NCBI RefSeq assembly: GCF_009914755.1
Contig: NC_060927.1
Strand: one strand, 5' to 3'
Source of the DNA: the human T2T-CHM13v2.0 reference genome, Homo sapiens
DNA: 64,000 nt
In this document: positions 14,211-27,199 of the stretch, piece by piece
Numbering within the stretch: position 1 is the first letter of the stretch
Layout of the letters: the number at the start of each line of letters is the position of its first letter
Made by a program: the position numbers and the translations under genes
Notes under the pieces: generated by a model
Seen by the model: the letters and a program-made list of their open reading frames with translations, nothing else
The model's database searches: none
What the model was told of the DNA's origin: nothing

Positions 14211-14485
14211 CGTATTAGTTTCTTGTCACTGGGTAACAAATTACTACCAAATTAGTGGCTTAAAATAGCACCCAATTATAATCTCACAACTATGTAGGCC
14301 AGACGTCCTGGTGTAGACTGATGGGACTTTCTACTCCAAGTTTCTACTCGGGGTGTTCAAACCATCAGAGATTTATTCTGAATACTCTGGGAAAGAATCT
14401 GCTTCCATAATCATGCAGGTAGTTGCCAGAACTCATTCCTGTGGTTCTAGGACTGAAATCGTACTATCTTCATGGTCCTCAGCCA
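14211..14485 (-). mobile_element. MLT1 (D/E/F-like) LTR fragment
   Basis: gtattagtttt...gtaacaaattactaccaaattagtggcttaaaa...gaatctgcttcc...ttcctgtggttctaggactga. Confidence 0.75.
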
Positions 14486-14504
14486 AGACAAAAAAAGATG
14501 TTCA

Positions 14505-14790
14505 CATTCTTACTAATTCCCTCAACAAATATTTATTCAATAGTGCCTTATGGTAGTCATTATGCCTAGCACTGTAAATGCAGTAACAAACACAGACCAG
14601 GCACTGTTTGAAAGAGCCTAGCTTACAGATACATCATAATCACAAATAATTGTAAGTAATAAACTAAACTAACAAAGCAGCTGACCATATTTCAACATAT
14701 ATTTATTGTGAAACTACCATGTACCATTCACTGTGCATCATGCTGAATACACACATGAATAATACAGTTCCTAACTTGTTAGAAGATAGA
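14505..14790 (-). mobile_element. Two L2 3'-end fragments
   Basis: caacaaatatttattcaa and caacatatatttattgtg...taccatgtacc, both antisense L2 tails. Confidence 0.65.
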
Positions 14791-14808
14791 ACTGTGTCTG
14801 TTTTCCAG

Positions 14809-15186
14809 CAGCTCATCACCAAAGTGAACAATATCCTTTGTGTGTGTGACATTAAGAATGCTGTAATCCCAGCTTTCTTTCTAGAGTTGTTGCGTTTAAT
14901 TACTGATAGATCATCAAGATTGGCTAATGACCTGGAGAAAGATGTAGAAATATTCCAAGCATGCCTAAAAAATGAGACTATCAGTTCAGATCTGAGAGCA
15001 CTTCTGAAATAGCTGCATTTAAGGTGCCAGGATCTTGATGGCATCTGCAAGAAATTGGAAGATGATTCTTACATACTAAATAATCTGATCAGATAACTGA
15101 ATGTACTGTTAATCACCTTGAAATGAATGAGCAGAACATGCAAATTAGTATGGCAAGAGCTAATGATCAACACACTAACTTATTAA
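14809..15186 (+). pseudogene. Candidate decayed coding exon (helical protein, family unknown)
   Basis: Acceptor tgtctgttttccag precedes a 126-codon frame with three internal stops and amphipathic Leu/Ile periodicity; not recognised as a repeat. Confidence 0.35.
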
Positions 15187-16507
15187 TGGTTTTCAGAAAT
15201 TAAGTGTTTCCATCATGATTTTTCAGAATTAAATATTTAGATATTTTGATGAATGAATGTACTTTATCATCTGATATTTTTTCAGAAACACTAGTAAAAA
15301 TGTAGGTAATGTTTAGAGAAGTAAACATGAATTAGAGAATTTAAAAGCAGAGTTGAGTTGCTCTCTTCTTTAATTGTTCTTGTATTTATAGCAGCTTCAT
15401 GTTTATTTATTATATTTTTGGAGATGTTTTACTAGATGCTTTATATTTGGAAGCAGGTATATAGTGGCAGCTATTATAATTTTTTAAATGTATAAAATAA
15501 GAGAAACAGATCTCAGTGATGAAACTTCTTCATCTTTCATTAAAAACATAATTATTTACATAGAAAAGCATGGAAAGAGCTGGAATAATATAAATATTGT
15601 TGTAAAGTAACATATTATCATAAAAGAAAGTATGTTGTAAACATTTTATCAGAAATCTTACAGGAAAGCAGTATCATAGTTTAATTTTATTGAATCCTTT
15701 AAGTTTAGAGTAGGGGGAATATCTAACATCCATTACAAGTATACCTAAGAACATCTAGCTCTGGTTTCTGGGAAGAATAAGCCAATATAATAAGAGGCTA
15801 TTTTTCTAAAGTTGCAGAGCTAGTTGAGAGTAGGATCAGATCAAAATCTGGTTTCTCTCTATTCCTAACCTAACCTAATGCTTTGCTCTCAGTCTCATAA
15901 AAATATGAATTTGAGACAAATCACAGCAGATACTTTAGGATTGGTGGTACAATTATAAGACATCATTTAGATTTAAGTTATTATCATCATTTGGGTTATC
16001 AGAAAGGAAAAATAAAGCACAAAGGAAGAAGGGAAGAAACTAATACTAATGAAGTGACAAATAGGTGCTTGGCCCTGTTCTTAAGTCTCTATAAATGTAT
16101 TGGAATTACTCTCATATTTAATATAATTCCTAAAGAGCCTTATCCAAAATACTATTATCCATCATTCCCCTGTTCACTTTCTATTTCCTTACTTTTATTT
16201 TTGTTACTTTGTCTATTTGGGTGATTTTTTTCTAACAACTCCTCTGTCTCCATTAGAACGTAAACTAAATGAAGGAAGAATGGTGTTTAGTATAGATTTG
16301 GAGCTAAATAAGTGAGTGGATAAATGTATTTTATTTAATTGCCAAATAAATAAATGATGTTCCCAAATTTACTTTGAGGTCAATACTGCGAACTTGCTTT
16401 TACAACTGAAAAACCAGAGAACTGAGTTACTTGTGTAGCATTACAGCTAAAAAGTGACCAACCTGTTTTTCAATGGAAAAATAATACAGAATACTGACAA
16501 TAATAAA

Positions 16508-16837
16508 GCTACGGACTAAATTTGTTCCCCCCAAAACTAATGTATTGAAGCCCAAATCCCCATTGTTATGGTATTTGGAGGTGGAACCTTGGGAGGTAAT
16601 TAAGTCATGGGGGTGGAGCCCTCATGAATGGGATTAGTGCCCTGATGAGACTGGAGAAAGATGAGGATACATGGAGAAAACAGCCCTTTTGCAAACCAGA
16701 AAGAGTGTCCACACCAGATACTGGATTTATGGGCACACTGATCTTGGAATACCCAGCTTCTAGAACTCAGGAATTTTTGTTGTTTAAGTCATAATATCTG
16801 TGGTATTCTGTCATAGCAACCCAAACAGACTAAGACA
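16508..16837 (+). mobile_element. MLT1A-like MaLR solo LTR
   Basis: ggtatttggaggtggaaccttgggaggtaattaag...gccctcatgaatgggattagtgccc...aacagactaagaca. Confidence 0.85.
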
Positions 16838-18039
16838 GAATACAGCTTATGTGGGGAAAATCAATAAATATATTTCTATAAATATATATATACATAGAAC
16901 ACATTTTGGGGGACAATAAAAACTGGAAAAGCATTTAGAATGTGATGTATGCATATAAAATGGGAATTATATATTATGTATTTTGTTACATGTTATTTTG
17001 TGTAAGTATAACATTTTCACAAAAATATATTTGAGTTTTGTGATTTATAAAATGATAGATTCCATTTCTAGATTTACATTCTTACTTGTGTGACACTAAG
17101 AATGATAAAAAACAGACTTTTCAAAGACAACATGCAAAAAAAGCATAAAATTATATTTTGTTAATAAAAGTTCCCCCAAGTGAATAAAGCATGAACGTGA
17201 TCTTTAAAAAATTACAGATTATATATGAGTGATATGCATATTAAGTGAAATCAAATTCATGTATTGCACGGAAAGGCCAAGACCACTGATGTATGGTTCC
17301 CTGAAAAAAGTTTTTCTGCCTTCTTATGAACATAAGAATTCCAAATAGGAATCAAAATAGAATGATTTTGTAGGTCTGGGACATTATTAGCACAAAAGAA
17401 CCCAAAGAAACACAGTACACAGATAGTTTTGTAAACCATATCCTCCAAATTTGGACAATCCACTTGAAATTCAGCCAGTCAGTACCAATCATGTCTTCAA
17501 ACACCCGTGAGCCACGTAACTACTTATCTCTGAATATTTAATACATCAGACCACAAAGGCACTGTGTTCTGTAATTATTAACATTCTGGCTCATGGTGTA
17601 ACATACACAAAGCTTGCCTTCAGAGCCAAAACATAAGATCTGGCAATGAATGTTTATTTCTTGAAAGGTTTGGGGAATAAAAGTACATTATTTCAAGATT
17701 TAAAAAAAGAAAGCAATAAAGCCCTGTTGTAAGTAGTATTTATATAGAGAAGGCAACTATAAACCTGAGAATAAGTACCAAAAAACTTCTTGCATTGATT
17801 TTGAATTGCTCTCTTTTAGAATTGTTGAGTTTTAATTTCTTTATGGGGTGTCCCATTATCAATATCCTCAGGGAAACATATATTGAAATGGGACAATGCT
17901 TACAGTATTATTGTGTTAATACAACCAGTGGCACCAGTATCACCATAAGTGATAGGAGAGAGAATATGTTAAATAACATAGACTATGAAGAGTAGCGCAT
18001 GTAGAAATTAGGAAAGACACTTGAGAATCCAGTGGGATG

Positions 18040-18170
18040 TGTTTTGAGCAGTGAAAAGAATGGAAAACCGGCAGCAGATAGAACCCTCTCTGACATTTAC
18101 TAACTAGAGAAGTGTGGGATGAATCTTGAACTCTCTGAGCCCTAGTTCCCTCATTTGTTAAATGTAGGTG
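18040..18170 (+). mobile_element. MIR fragment
   Basis: MIR core cttgaactctctgagccctagttccctcatttgttaaatg. Confidence 0.65.
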
Positions 18171-18644
18171 GCAATCACAAGCTGAGAAAACACAGATGGC
18201 CTTCAAAACAAATTTTTGCCTCACTCCCACTGGCACTTGACTGAAGCTACTAGGCCATCAACAGCAGGTAGTAAGAATATCACATTCGGCCTTTAATTGC
18301 AGAGTTCTGATGTCTCTTAGCCCTCCTGGATTAAGTGGTCTACTTTCATAAAAGAGATACAGTCTGCTAACCCATTCACCCTGATGGCCCATTAAAGGTG
18401 GTATAGGAGACATTGATTTTAACAGCTGTCATTATAATGCCAAATATTGTGTAACAGCAAATCTCTGTTAATGGCTTGATAGACATGTCATTTAAAAAGA
18501 ATTGCTCTAAACAAAAATATAACAAAAGTGTTTAAAGCCCTCTGTCAACTTGGTAGTGATGTTATCTATGCTGTCATATCAGTGGGATAAAAATATTTAT
18601 ACTAAAACTTACATCAAATCATCTTAGCCCGACAATTGATGCTG

Positions 18645-20252
18645 AAGTAATTGGACATCCACAGTAAAATTTTTTTAAAAAATGAATCCAACATAAACCT
18701 CTATCTTTTATAAACAGTGAGTCAAATGTCAAATGGGTAAGAATTTAAATGAAAACTGTAAAACTATTAAATTTTTAGGAAAAACAAATTGTAATAATCT
18801 GGGATTAGGCAAAGAGTTCTTTAAAATTGAAACAAAAAGAACAATTCATAAAAGAAAAAATTAATAAATGGACCACATCAAAATTTAAACTTTTACTCTG
18901 TAAAAGCCGTGTGAAGAGGATGAAAAGAAAAGCCAAAGCTTGAGAGAAAATATTTGCAAACACATATCTGACAAAGGACTAATATTGAAGGTATACCAAA
19001 AAATCTCTTAAAACTCAATAGTAAAACAAACTAAAAAACAAAAAATGGGCAAAAGGCATGAGCAGACATTTCATGGAAGAGGATACATAAATGAAAAATA
19101 AGCAAAGGAAAAGATATTCAACATCTTGTCATCAGAGAAATATAACCTAAAACAACAATGAGGTTCACTACACACCTATCATAACAGCTAAAATAAAAAA
19201 ACAGATAACACTAAATGTTCTTGTGGATGCAGAGAAACTGAATCCACATATATTGCTGTTGAGAATGTAAAAATGATACATTTTCTGATCCCTCCCTCCT
19301 CCCACCCTCCCCGCTTAAGCAGGCCCCAGTGTCTGTTGTTCCCCTCCTTGTGTTCATGTGTTTTCATCATTTAGCTCCCATTTATAAGTGAGAACATATG
19401 GTATTTGGTTTTCACTTCCTGCATTAGTTTGTTAAGGATTATGGCCTCCATCTCCATCCATGTCCCTGCAAAGGATATGAACTTGTTCTTTTTTATGGCT
19501 TTGTAGTATTCTATGGTATATATGTACCACATTTTTTAATCTCGGAAAGATAAAAACTGATATTTTTACAACTTGCACATGAGTATTTGCAGCTTTTTTC
19601 ATAATAGCCCCAAACTAGAAACAGCTTTGATGTTTTTCAGTGGGTGAATGATGGAACAACTGCTGTACATACCTACCAGGAAATACTATTAAGCCATAAA
19701 AAGGAACAGATTATTGATAGATGCAATACCTTGAATGAATATTCAGGAAATTACACTGAGTGAAAAAAAAAAGCCGAGCCCAAAAGGTTACATACTGCAA
19801 AATTCCATTTATATAACATTCTAAATGACAAATTTTTAGAAATGGAGAACAGAATAGTGGTTGCCAGTGCTTAGGGATGGGAAGGAAGGGAAGAGGAAAG
19901 TGGTTTTTTTTGTTTGTTTGTTTTGTTTTTTTGTTGTTGTTTTTAATAAAAGGAGAATTCAAGAGACTTCTGAGGAGCTGGAACTATATAATGTGGTAGT
20001 GAATATGCATGTGATAAAATTGTGTAGAACTAAATACACACACATGCACACATGGATTAATACAGGTAAAATGGGAAATCCTAATTAGATGGATGAATTC
20101 TATTAATGTCAATATTCTGGTTGTGATTTTCCACTACGGTTTTATAAAATGTTACCATTGGGGGAATGGGCAAAGGGGTACACATTAACTCTCTGTATTA
20201 GTTCTTAAAAGTCCTTATGAATCTGTAATTATCTCAGTAAAAATTTCAATTA
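18645..20252 (+). mobile_element. L1M (L1MC/L1MD-like) ORF2 end and 3'UTR
   Basis: gagaaaatatttgcaaacacatatctgacaaaggac...aatgggcaaaag...aatgttaccattgggggaa...ctgtaattatctc. Confidence 0.85.
19281..19537 (-). mobile_element. Internal L1PA13-15-like 3'UTR fragment nested in the L1M
   Basis: aggccccagtgtctgttgttcccc...tttagctcccatttataagtgagaac...gtaccacatttt; no poly-A tail. Confidence 0.85.
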
Positions 20253-20689
20253 AGCGTGTCAATCACTTGAAGATATTTTTTAAAGTAAATGGTGAAGTTT
20301 TGTTTGTATTGATAAGCTGTTCATATAAAATTGAAAGGACTCAAACATGTCCAGATGGGGAAAAAGCTGAGGGGTGAAAAAAAAGTATAAATTATCATAT
20401 CTAAAATAATATGGCAATGTAAGAATACAGGGATTAATTTTCAATTCTTCAAAGCTGTTTTTGTCAGTTAGTACTTCATCTACGTAACGAAGCAACAGCT
20501 ACTAAGAAAGTATATAATAACCTTGTTTGGAACACAGCATATAGAAAAACATGTCTATTCCATTATTCTGTAACTGACTGTCATTAAACACTTCAAAGAC
20601 AGCAAAGAGTAACCTCATCTTTAATTACGTTCTACATGTAAGAACTACCCATTTGGTGTATATACATTAAAACAAAAATTTAAAAAAAA

Positions 20690-21921
20690 ATTTGTTTTAG
20701 GTTCAGGGTTACATGTGCAGGTTTATTATAGAGGTAAACTCATGTCACAGGGCGTTGATATACAGATTATTTCATCACCCATGTACTAAGCCTATTACCC
20801 AATGGATATTTGTTTCTGATTCTCTCCCTCTTCCTACTCTCCCTGTTAAGTAGGCCCCAGTGTCTGTTGTTCTTCCCTTTGTGTTCATGTGTTCTCATCA
20901 TTTAGCTCCCACTTAAAAGTGAAAACATGCAGTATTTGGTTTTCTGTTTCTGTATCAGTTTGCTAAGGATAATGGCCTCTAGCTCCATTCATGTCCCTGC
21001 AAAGGACATAATCTTGTTCTTTTTTATGGCTGCATAGTATTCCATAGTGTATACATACCACATTTTCTTTTATGTTGATTCCATGTCTTTGTTATTGTGA
21101 ATAGTGCTGCAATGAACATAAGCGTATATGTGTCTTTATGACAGAAAGACTTATATTCCTTTGGGTATATACCCAATAATGGTATTGCTGGTTCAAATGT
21201 TATTTCTATCTTTAGGTTTTTGAGGAATCACCACACTGTCTTCCACAATGGTTGAACTAATTTACACTCCCACCAACAGTGTATAAGCATTCCTTTTGCT
21301 TCACAACCTCTCCAGCACCTGTTATTTTTTTACTTTTCAGTAACAGCCATTCTGACTGGTGTGAGATGGTATCTCATTGTGGTTTTGATTTGTGTTTCTC
21401 TAGTGATCAGTGATGTTGAGCTTTTTTTCATATGCTTTTGGCCACATGTATGTCTTCTTTTGAAAAGTGTCTGTTAATGTCCTTTCCCACTTTTTAATGG
21501 ATTTTTTTGTTTTTTCTTGCAAATTTAAGTTCCTTATAGATGCTAAATATTAGACCTTTGTCATGTGCATAGTTCTCAAATAGTTTCTCCCATTCTGTAG
21601 ATTTTCTGTTTACTCTGTTGATAGTTTCCTTTGCTGTGCAGATGAACTTTCATTTAATTAGATCTGATTTGTTGATTTTTGCTTTTGTTGCAATTGCTTT
21701 TGGCATCTTCATCATTAAATATTTGCCCATTCCTATGTACAGAATGGTATTGCCTAGATTGCCTTCCAGGGGATTTATGGTTTTGGGTTTTACATTTAAG
21801 TCTTTAACCCACCTTGAATTGATTTTTGTATATGGTGTAAGGAAGGGATCCAGTTTCAATCTTCTACATATGGCTAGCCAGTTATCCCAGCATTTACTAA
21901 ATAGGGAGTCCTCTCCCCAGT
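20690..21921 (-). mobile_element. L1PA13-15-like, 5'-truncated
   Basis: 3' end ggttacatgtgcaggttt...tacagattatttcatcaccc; ORF 21650..21859 is an L1 ORF2 fragment ([16 protein letters not shown]). Confidence 0.92.
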
Positions 21922-21995
21922 GTTTGAATAACAGATTTTTTTAAACCTTCTACATTAATGATTTGAAAATGATTTACCAAAATATTGTAAGTCTC

Positions 21996-24469
21996 TGTGT
22001 TAGTTCGTTTTCATGCTGCTGATAAGGACATGCAGGAGACTGGGTAATTTATGAAAAAATGAGGTTTAATTTGACTCATAGTTCCACATGGCTCGGAAGG
22101 CCTCACAGTCATGGCCAAAGGTAAAAGGCCTATCTTGCGTCACAGCAGGCAAGAGAGAGAATAAGAACCAAGTGAAGTGGGTTTCCCCTTATCATACCAT
22201 CAGATCTTGTGAGACTCATTCACTATCATGAGAACAGTGCAGGAAAGGCCCAACCCCAAAATTCAATCACCTCCCACTGGATTCCTCCCACGACACGTGG
22301 GAATTGTGGGAGTTACAATTCAAGATGAAATTTGGGTGGCGACACAGCCAAACCATATCATTCTGACCCTGGCCACTTCCAAATCTCATGGCCTCACATT
22401 TCAAAACCCATCATGCCTTCCCACCAGTCCCCCAAAGCCTTAACTCATTTCAGCATTAACTCAAAAGTCCACAGTCCAAAGTCTCATCTGAAACAAGGCA
22501 AGTTCCTCCCACCTATGAGCCTGTAAAATCAAAAGCAAGTTAGTTACTTCCTAGATACAAGGGGGTTATGGGCATTGGATAAATACAGCCATTGCAAATG
22601 GGAGACATTGGCCAAAACAAAGGAGCTACAGGCCCCACACAAGTTCAAAATCCAGCAGGGCAGTCAAACCTTAAAGCTCCATAATGATCTCCTTTGACTC
22701 CATGTCTCACATCCAGGTCATGCTGATGCAAGAGGTGGGTTCCCATGGTCTTGGGCAGCTCTGCCCCTGTGGCTTTGCAGGATATAGCCCCAATCCTGGC
22801 TGCTTTCACAGGCTGGTGTTGAGTGCCTGCAGCTTTTCCAGGTGCATGGTGCAAGCTCTAAGTGGATCTACCGTTCTGGGGTCTGGAGGATGATGGCCCT
22901 CTTCTCACAGGTCCACTAAGTGGTGCCCCAGTAGGGACCCTGTGTGGGGGTCCAACCCCACGTTTCCCTTCAGCACTACCCTAGCAGAGGTTCTCCATGA
23001 GGTTTCCACCCTTGCAGCAAACTTTTGCCTGGGCATCCAGGCATTTCCATACAATTTTTGAAATCTAGGCAGAGGTTCCCAAATCTCAATTCTTGACTTC
23101 TGTGCACCCGCAGGCTCAACACCACATGGAAACTTCCAAGGCTTGGGGCTTCCACCCTCTGAATCAAAAGCCCAAGCTGTACCTTGGCCCCTTTTAGTCA
23201 CGGCCGGAGTGGCTGGAACACAGGGCACCAAGTCCCTAGACTGCACACAGCATGGGAACCCTAGGCCTGGCCAAGGAAACCATTTTCTCCTAGGCCTCCA
23301 GGCCTGTGATTGAAGGGGTTGCTGTGAAGACCTCTGCCATGCCCTGGAGCCATTTTCCCCCATAGTCCTGGGGATTAACATTGCTGTTCCACTCCTCATT
23401 ACTTATGCAAATTTCTGCAGCCAGCATGAATTTCCCCTCAGAAAATGGGTTTTTCTTTTCTATCACATTGTCTGGGTTCAAGTTTTCTGAACTTTTAGGT
23501 TCGGCTTCCTGTATAAATCTGAATGCCTTTAACAGCACCCAAGTCATCTGTTGAATGCTTGGCTGCTTAGAAATTTCTTCCACCAAGTAACCTAACTCAT
23601 CTCTCTCAAGTTCAAAGTTCCACAGGAGCAGGGGCAAAATGCCACCAGTCTCTTTGCTAAAACATAACAAGAGTCGCCTTTGCTCCAGTTTCCAGCAGGT
23701 TCCTCATCTCCATCTGAGACTACCTCAGCCTGGACCTTATTGTTCATATCACTATCAGGCTTTTGGTCAAAGCCATTCAACAAGTCTCTAGGAAGTTCCA
23801 AGCTTTCCCACATTTTTCTGTCTTCTTCTGAGACCTCCAAGTATCTAGGAAGTTTCAAACTTTCCTACATTTTCCTGTCTTCTTCTAAGCCCTCCAAACT
23901 GTTCCAACCTCCGCCTGTTACCCAGTTCCAAAGTCGCTTCCACATTTTTGGGTATCTTTTCAGCAAGACCCCACTCTACTGGTACCAATTTAGTGTATTC
24001 GTTCGTTTTCGTGCTGCTGATAAAGGCATACCCAAGACCTGGTAATTTACAAAAGAAGAGGTTTAATTCAACTCACAGTTCCACGTGGTGGGGGAGGCCT
24101 CACAATCATGGTGGAAGGTGAAAGACCCATCTTACATGGCAGCAGACGAGAGAATGCGAATCAAGTGAAAGGGGTTCCCCTTATCAAACCATCAGATCTC
24201 ATGAGACTCATTCACTTTCATAAGAACAGCACAGGAAAGACCCGTCCCCATAGTTCAGTCACCTCCCACTGGGCTCCTCCCATGACAGGTGGGAGTTACA
24301 ATTCAAGATGAGATTTGGGTGGGGACTCCCACTGGGTTCCTCCCATGACAGGTGGGAGTTACAATTCAAGATGAGATTTGGGTGGGGACTCCCACTGGGT
24401 TCCTCCCATGACAGGTGGGAGTTACAATTCAAGATGAGATTTGGGTGGGGACACAGCCAAACCGTATCA
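21996..24469 (-). mobile_element. Complete THE1 (THE1B-like) MaLR element: LTR 21996-22360, internal 22361-23993, LTR 23994-24469
   Basis: Two direct LTRs (tg...tatca) flank ~1.6 kb of THE1-int; perfect TSD GTCTC at 21991-21995 and 24470-24474. Confidence 0.95.
24263..24451. repeat. 3 x 63-bp tandem repeat inside the THE1 LTR
   Basis: Units start at 24263, 24326 and 24389, with one substitution among them; seen as a 21-aa repeat in ORF 24308..24505. Confidence 0.95.
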
Positions 24470-24659
24470 GTCTCATTGCATAATCTCTATTGTTTTCCAA
24501 AATGAGAGCATTTGTCTGGTATTAAATTAAAGAGACATTTTTCCTCATACTTCTAATCTTCTATTTCCTCTCTAACGTGCTCTCAAAGTACTTTAACTTT
24601 CCAAAGTAAATACTCCACAAATCGTCTGAAAATCATTCTTTGTTAAAAATATGAGTAGA

Positions 24660-25133
<474 letters not shown>

Positions 25134-27199
25134 TCAATCTTTTTACTCTGATGAATGAATAGATGGAGTTTTTTTTAAAAGATGGCTTGAAGTTTTTTTT
25201 CCAAAATAAAACCACTAGAAGTGTGTTTATATACCTTTGCTATGGGTGCTGCATATACATGCTCTTGTTCTGCCTTTTTGAATGAATTCAGTTATTCCAT
25301 CTGGAATGCTATAAGCTTCATAACATGTGTGCTTCTCTACCTGTCTAGAATTCCATGTCTAGAGAGGAATAACAGTCTCTGTCAGTAACATTCTCGTATA
25401 AGTGGTCACTGGCACACTTAGCAATCAGTTTGTTTTTATTTTGTTAAATATGAATTTGCTTGATAGTTTCCTGTCAAAATTAAATATACATATATATTAA
25501 AGGGGCATATGCAGCATGTCTTACAAATTGCACCGAAAGTCTTAGTGCAGGTAATAATTAACAGTTGTTTACAGAAAGAAAAGAGAATTTCAACTGGCCT
25601 TAGACATCAATGATAGTCTGTCAGCAGTAAAATAAAATTGATTGTATAAAAGCCATGGCTTAATAATACATTGATTATATGAGTAGATACTAAGTTCTGT
25701 GGGTTGTCTTATCTACTTGAATACCTTACTATATCCTAATGATGACATTACTAAATAAATAGTTCATTGGTCTGAATGTTAAGCATGAAGAAGATAGGGC
25801 AGATAGAAATTGCTGTGTGTCTATAGCACAAATAAAGAACATTTTAAATAATCCCAGAGATATACAGTTTTTGGACTTAAGAAGCAGTATGTGGATAATT
25901 GTGCATTCGAAGTAACATAAGTCAGCTAAAAAGATTTTCTTTGTATTAAACATTATGCTTTAATGTTCAATTAATAAATCATAACCTTAAGACAGCCAAG
26001 TGGTGATCTTATGTGTGAATATCTTTGGATATCAGTTCTTCTCAGAATAAGGCATCATAAATTTAATTTTATATGAAAATCACCTTTTTTACCTCATTTC
26101 TCACCTAGAGTAAAAAAAGCAATACTCAATGAAACTTTTATTTTGCAAATTTAGTAGATGTGTCCCTATTGGCCTAACTTATTTTGCTTAATTATATTTT
26201 CTAATTTAATTTATATGGAACATTTTAATAGAAATATTTAATAATTAGATCTGGACCAACCTACTCTAGTTAATTGTTATTGTAGTTATGCTACTCAAAT
26301 GCCAGGAAGTTTTCATGCTTTTGCATGGGAGTATGTAGTATGGAAATGTTGATTTTGTGTGTCTATGTTACTACAGAGAGTTTGCAATTAGTACAGCAAT
26401 GTATAGTTAGAGATTTCACCTGCTTGCTGAGAAGGTAGACAGTTACATTTTGGAAAGCCCTTGACCAAGAAGCTCAACTTTATCTCTAGGAAAATTGTAA
26501 GTAATCAAATAGATAGCTTTTACATTTATACAGCAAAGGTTGAACAAGAGGTGCCAGCATAGGTTAAGGAAAAGCAAACTACGTCAAACTGAAAGGCTAT
26601 GTCAACTTGCCAAGGCTGGCAAATCAGTGTAATTTCATGTATATATTAGTGCATTTGAACTCCAGCAAGACATTCTACAAATTACATTGCAAGCTTGTAA
26701 AAATACTGGAAAAATATATACTGATTAAAATGTTTGTGTGCATTTATAACTTGTTGAATGGCTATGCTAAACATTTCCATTAGTAGAGATAATCTTTCTA
26801 AAATAGTTATATACCAAGTTATAAAACTGCTTTATTTTTATCCTCTTCAATATTTTTATTAAAGTTTCAGATGAAGACATTAAAGACATAGATCAGATAT
26901 GTAGATTAAGTTAAATTCTTAGAGCACAACTCTCAAATCAAAGTTAGAATTTAAACCCAGGTTTACATGTTTTTATAGCTTCTCCAACTGTATTTTAAAA
27001 AAAAAAGGTAATTGGAATCACCCACCAAAATCAAAATGAAATTGAGCTAGAAAACATTTAAACAAGTTCATGGAAGTGTCAAAAACTAACAATTGTTCAT
27101 GTGAAAAGCCCTAGAATTTCTAGTTATATAAAAGTTGTACATGGTCTAACTGTGTAATTTGGATGTTCTAATAGGCAGAATTTTTCCATAGGAAAGTTG

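Noticed and set aside
14703-15050. 115-aa minus-strand ORF, and the ATG at 14719 as a real start
   Set aside because: The ATG sits in an L2 tail. The minus ORF is the antisense shadow of the plus-strand frame and shows no recognisable features.
22332-24045. Cluster of ORFs up to 164 aa as a gene
   Set aside because: They lie in THE1-int, overlap on both strands and are fragmented; no intact product.
24084-24100. PRDM9 hotspot 13-mer in the THE1B LTRs
   Set aside because: The minus strand reads CCTCCCCCACCAC, lacking the T of CCNCCNTNNCCNC; the other LTR is further degraded.
24263-24451. Regular direct repeats as a CRISPR-like array (also 28743-28907 and 32206-32468)
   Set aside because: Head-to-tail tandem units without unique spacers, inside primate retroelements, with no cas genes.
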